A stretch of 37,013 bases of DNA. It comes from a virus. Taxonomy: Duplodnaviria > Heunggongvirae > Uroviricota > Caudoviricetes. The position numbers were made by a program, and so were the translations under genes. Shown here piece after piece: positions 33,924 to 37,013 of the stretch (position 1 is its first letter; each line of letters begins with the position of its first letter). Below the pieces are notes generated by a model. That model did not search any database and was not told the origin of the DNA. It was given only the letters and a program-made list of their open reading frames with translations. The stretch is taken from IMG/VR virus record IMGVR_UViG_2531839666_000012; one strand, written 5' to 3'.

Positions 33924-36700
33924 CGGTGAACTACCATATCCGTGGTCGCATCATTCAGGTGCCGTCAAACTATGACCCGGAAAAACGCACCTACAGCGGT
34001 ATCTGGGACGGGAGTCTGAAACCGGCATACAGCAATAACCCGGCCTGGTGCCTGTGGGACATGCTGACCCACCGCGCTACGGGATGGGAAAACGCCTGGG
34101 GGCCGCGGATGTGGACAAGTGGGCACTGTATGCCATCGGGCAGTACTGCGACCAGACGGTCCCGGATGGTTTCGGGGGGCACAGAGCCGCGGATGACTTT
34201 CAATGCGTACCTGTCACAGCAGCGTAAGGTCTGGGATGTTCTGGGGGATTTCTGCTCGGCGATGCGCTGTATGCCGGTATGGAACGGCCAGACGCTGACG
34301 TTCGTTCAGGACCGCCCGTCGGATGTGGTGTGGCCGTACACCAACAGCGATGTGGTGGTGGATGATAACGGCGTGGGGTTCCGCTACAGCTTCAGTGCCC
34401 TGAAGGACCGGCACACGGCGGTGGAGGTGAATTACACCGACCCGCAGAACGGCTGGCAGACTTCCACGGAACTGGTGGAAGACCCGGACGCCATCCTGCG
34501 CTACGGGCGCAATCTGCTGAAGATGGATGCGTTCGGCTGTACCAGCCGCGGTCAGGCCCACCGTGCCGGACTGTGGGTGATAAAGACAGAACTGCTGGAA
34601 ACGCAGACGGTGGATTTCACGCTCGGGTCACAGGGGCTGCGGCACACGCCCGGTGACATCATTGAAATCTGTGATAACGACTACGCCGGGACCCTGACCG
34701 GCGGACGCATCCTGTCCATGGATGCCGCCAGCCGTACCCTGACGCTGGACCGTGAGGTGACACTGCCGGAAGCAGGGACATCGACGGTGAACCTGATTAA
34801 CGGCAGCGGTAAGCCGGTGCGCGTGGACATCACCGCACACCCCGCCCCGGACCGGATACAGGTCAGCGTCCTGCCGGATGGCGTGGAGACATACGGTGTG
34901 TGGGGACTCTCCCTGCCGTCACTGCGTCGTCGCCTGTTCCGCTGTGTTTCCATCCGGGAAAACACGGACGGCACCTTTGCCATCACGGCAGTGCAGCACG
35001 TACCGGAAAAAGAAGCCATCGTGGATAACGGGGCCACCTTTGAGCCGCTCTCCGGTTCACTGAACAGCGTCATCCCGCCGGCTGTGCAGCACCTCACGGT
35101 GGAGGTGAGTGCCTCAGACGGCCAGTATCTGGCGCTGGCGAAATGGGACACGCCGCGGGTGGTGAAGGGCGTGCGCTTCAGTCTGCGCCTGACCAGCGGA
35201 AACGGTGAAAACAGCCGCCTGGTGACCAGCGCCATCACTGCCGACACGGAGCACCGTTTCAGTGGCCTGCCTCTGGGGGAATACACCCTGACGGTCAGGG
35301 CGATAAACAGCTACGGCCAGCAGGGCGAACCTGCCACCACCGCGTTCCGGATTAATGCGCCTGCAGCACCGGCCAGCATTGAACTGACGCCGGGGTATTA
35401 TCAGATAACAGCAGTACCGGTGCTGGCGGTGTATGACCCGACGGTACAGTTTGAGTTCTGGTTCTCGGAGGCAAAAATCGCAGACACATCTCAGGTGGAA
35501 ACCTCTGCCCGTTATCTGGGGACAGGCAGCCAGTGGAGTGTCTCCGGCCCGCACATTAAGCCGGGGAGGGATTTCTGGTTTTATGTGCGCAGCGTCAACC
35601 TGGTGGGGAAATCTGCGTTTGTGGAAGCCAGTGGCCGGGCGAGCAATGATGCGGAAGGGTATCTGGGGCTGTTTCGGGAAAAGATAGGAAAACTGCATCT
35701 GGCACAGGGGATGTGGGAGCTGATTGATAACAGCCAGCTTGACAATGAGATGGCGGAGATGAAGACCACCATCACCGAAACCCGCAATGAAATCACGCAG
35801 ACGGTCAGTAAAACCCTGGAAGACCAGAGCGCCACCATACAGCAGATACAGCGGGTGCAGACAGACACAAATAACGACCTGGCTGCGCTGTACATGCTGA
35901 AGGTGCAGAAAACAAAAAACGGCATTCCGTATGTTGCCGGTATAGGTGCGGGGATTGAGGATGCTGATGGCCAGCCCCTGAGCAATATACTGCTGCAGGC
36001 GGACCGTATCGCGATGATTAACCCGGAGAACGGCAACACCACGCCGCTGTTTGTGGCGCAGGGGAATCAGCTGTTCATGAACGATGTGTTCCTGAAGCGG
36101 TTGTTTGCAGTGAGCATCACCTCGTCCGGCAATCCCCCGACGTTCTCCCTGACGCCGGACGGCAGGCTGACGGCCCGTAATGCTGATATCAGCGGACATA
36201 TCAGTGCGAACTCGGGCACGCTCAATAATGTGACCATTAACCAGAACTGCCGGATACTTGGAAAACTGTCTGCCAACCAGATTGAAGGCGATATTGTTAA
36301 AACCGTGGGGAAGGCTTTCCCGCGGGACTCCCGCGCACCGGAGCGGTGGCCATCGGGGACCATTACCGTCAGGATTTATGACGATCAGCCTTTTGACCGG
36401 CAAATTGTGATCCCGGCAGTGGCTTTCAGCGGCGCTAAACATGAGAGAGAGCATAACGATATTTATTCATCATGCCGGCTGATGGTGAAATGTAACGGCA
36501 GGGTGCTTTTTGAAAGGACGGCGCTGGCTGAGTCTCAGGTGTATTCAGGGGTGATTGATATGCCTGCAGGAAGGGGGCATATGACGCTGGAGTTTTCTGT
36601 GTCTGCCTGGCTGGTGAATGGATGGTACCCGACAGCGAGTATTAGCGATCTGCTGGTTGTCGTGATGAAGAAGTCCACGGCGGGTATCGGTATTTCGTGA
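33821..36700 (+). CDS. J: Tail tip / host specificity protein J, main body
   Basis: 959 aa colinear with recalled lambda gpJ (e.g. [87 protein letters not shown]); contains one internal out-of-frame segment. Confidence 0.85.
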   Translation: MVVIHRNHRCETVLPNTAIVGLQVDAEQFGGQQLTVNYHIRGRIIQVPSNYDPEKRTYSGIWDGSLKPAYSNNPAWCLWDMLTHRATGWENAWGPRMWTSGHCMPSGSTATRRSRMVSGGTEPRMTFNAYLSQQRKVWDVLGDFCSAMRCMPVWNGQTLTFVQDRPSDVVWPYTNSDVVVDDNGVGFRYSFSALKDRHTAVEVNYTDPQNGWQTSTELVEDPDAILRYGRNLLKMDAFGCTSRGQAHRAGLWVIKTELLETQTVDFTLGSQGLRHTPGDIIEICDNDYAGTLTGGRILSMDAASRTLTLDREVTLPEAGTSTVNLINGSGKPVRVDITAHPAPDRIQVSVLPDGVETYGVWGLSLPSLRRRLFRCVSIRENTDGTFAITAVQHVPEKEAIVDNGATFEPLSGSLNSVIPPAVQHLTVEVSASDGQYLALAKWDTPRVVKGVRFSLRLTSGNGENSRLVTSAITADTEHRFSGLPLGEYTLTVRAINSYGQQGEPATTAFRINAPAAPASIELTPGYYQITAVPVLAVYDPTVQFEFWFSEAKIADTSQVETSARYLGTGSQWSVSGPHIKPGRDFWFYVRSVNLVGKSAFVEASGRASNDAEGYLGLFREKIGKLHLAQGMWELIDNSQLDNEMAEMKTTITETRNEITQTVSKTLEDQSATIQQIQRVQTDTNNDLAALYMLKVQKTKNGIPYVAGIGAGIEDADGQPLSNILLQADRIAMINPENGNTTPLFVAQGNQLFMNDVFLKRLFAVSITSSGNPPTFSLTPDGRLTARNADISGHISANSGTLNNVTINQNCRILGKLSANQIEGDIVKTVGKAFPRDSRAPERWPSGTITVRIYDDQPFDRQIVIPAVAFSGAKHEREHNDIYSSCRLMVKCNGRVLFERTALAESQVYSGVIDMPAGRGHMTLEFSVSAWLVNGWYPTASISDLLVVVMKKSTAGIGIS

Positions 36701-36896
36701 TCATGAGGAGCCGGATTGCCGGAAGGAGACAAAAACCGTACATTATGCGCGGGTGCCTTTGGCTGATGGCCGGAGGGAGCACCTGAAGGCCGGATGTGAA
36801 AAGGCCCCGGACAAACATTCATGTTTAACCCGAGGCCTGACGTTCTTCCTTCAGCAAGAAGAAGGTTAGCGCCTCTCCGTAAAAGGAGCAAGCGTT

Positions 36897-37013
36897 ATGT
36901 CGCAAAAACCGTTAAAAACCACCGTGATTTGTATCACGGTAGTGCTCATTATCTGGATCACCCACATGTTCACTGTGCGAGTTCCGGTTCCGGATAGCGG
37001 GCGCGGAGATTGC
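36897..37013 (+). CDS. Hypothetical membrane protein, 5' part (runs off the window end)
   Basis: ATG 36897 preceded by AAAGGAG; MSQKPLKTTVICITVVLIIWITHMF... has a predicted TM helix; sits where lambda carries lom-type cargo. Confidence 0.3.
   Translation, partial: MSQKPLKTTVICITVVLIIWITHMFTVRVPVPDSGRGDC

Noticed and set aside
35114-36454. 446-aa minus-strand ORF
   Set aside because: Lies entirely antisense to the J coding region, which has strong protein homology on the plus strand; no RBS or recognisable domain; typical shadow ORF in GC-rich coding DNA.

Overview
This window is the late region of an EHEC-type lambdoid (siphovirus) prophage from an Escherichia-like genome, read left to right on the + strand. 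Calls rest on reading the sequence and ORF track and on recalled family motifs and lambda/phage 21 proteins; no searches were run. Gene order: ydfU-like DUF968 (5' partial), rusA, Q, DNA methyltransferase, three tRNAs (Ile-CAU, Arg-UCG, Arg-UCU), a second methyltransferase where Stx phages carry stx, two hairpin-rich noncoding elements, nanS-p split by an IS629-like element, a phage 21-type lysis cassette (pinholin, SAR endolysin, Rz/Rz1) interrupted by two low-GC insertions, HNH/cos/terminase, head genes, and lambda-like tail genes V, G/T, H, M, L, K, I, J with an OmpC-family porin moron between M and L. Most worth follow-up: three tandem sRNA-like modules between I and J, the three-gene insertion between holin and endolysin, and the paired elements upstream of nanS-p. 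Several essential genes (holin, terL, J) are frame-broken exactly at homopolymer runs, so either the assembly has homopolymer indel errors or the prophage is decaying.
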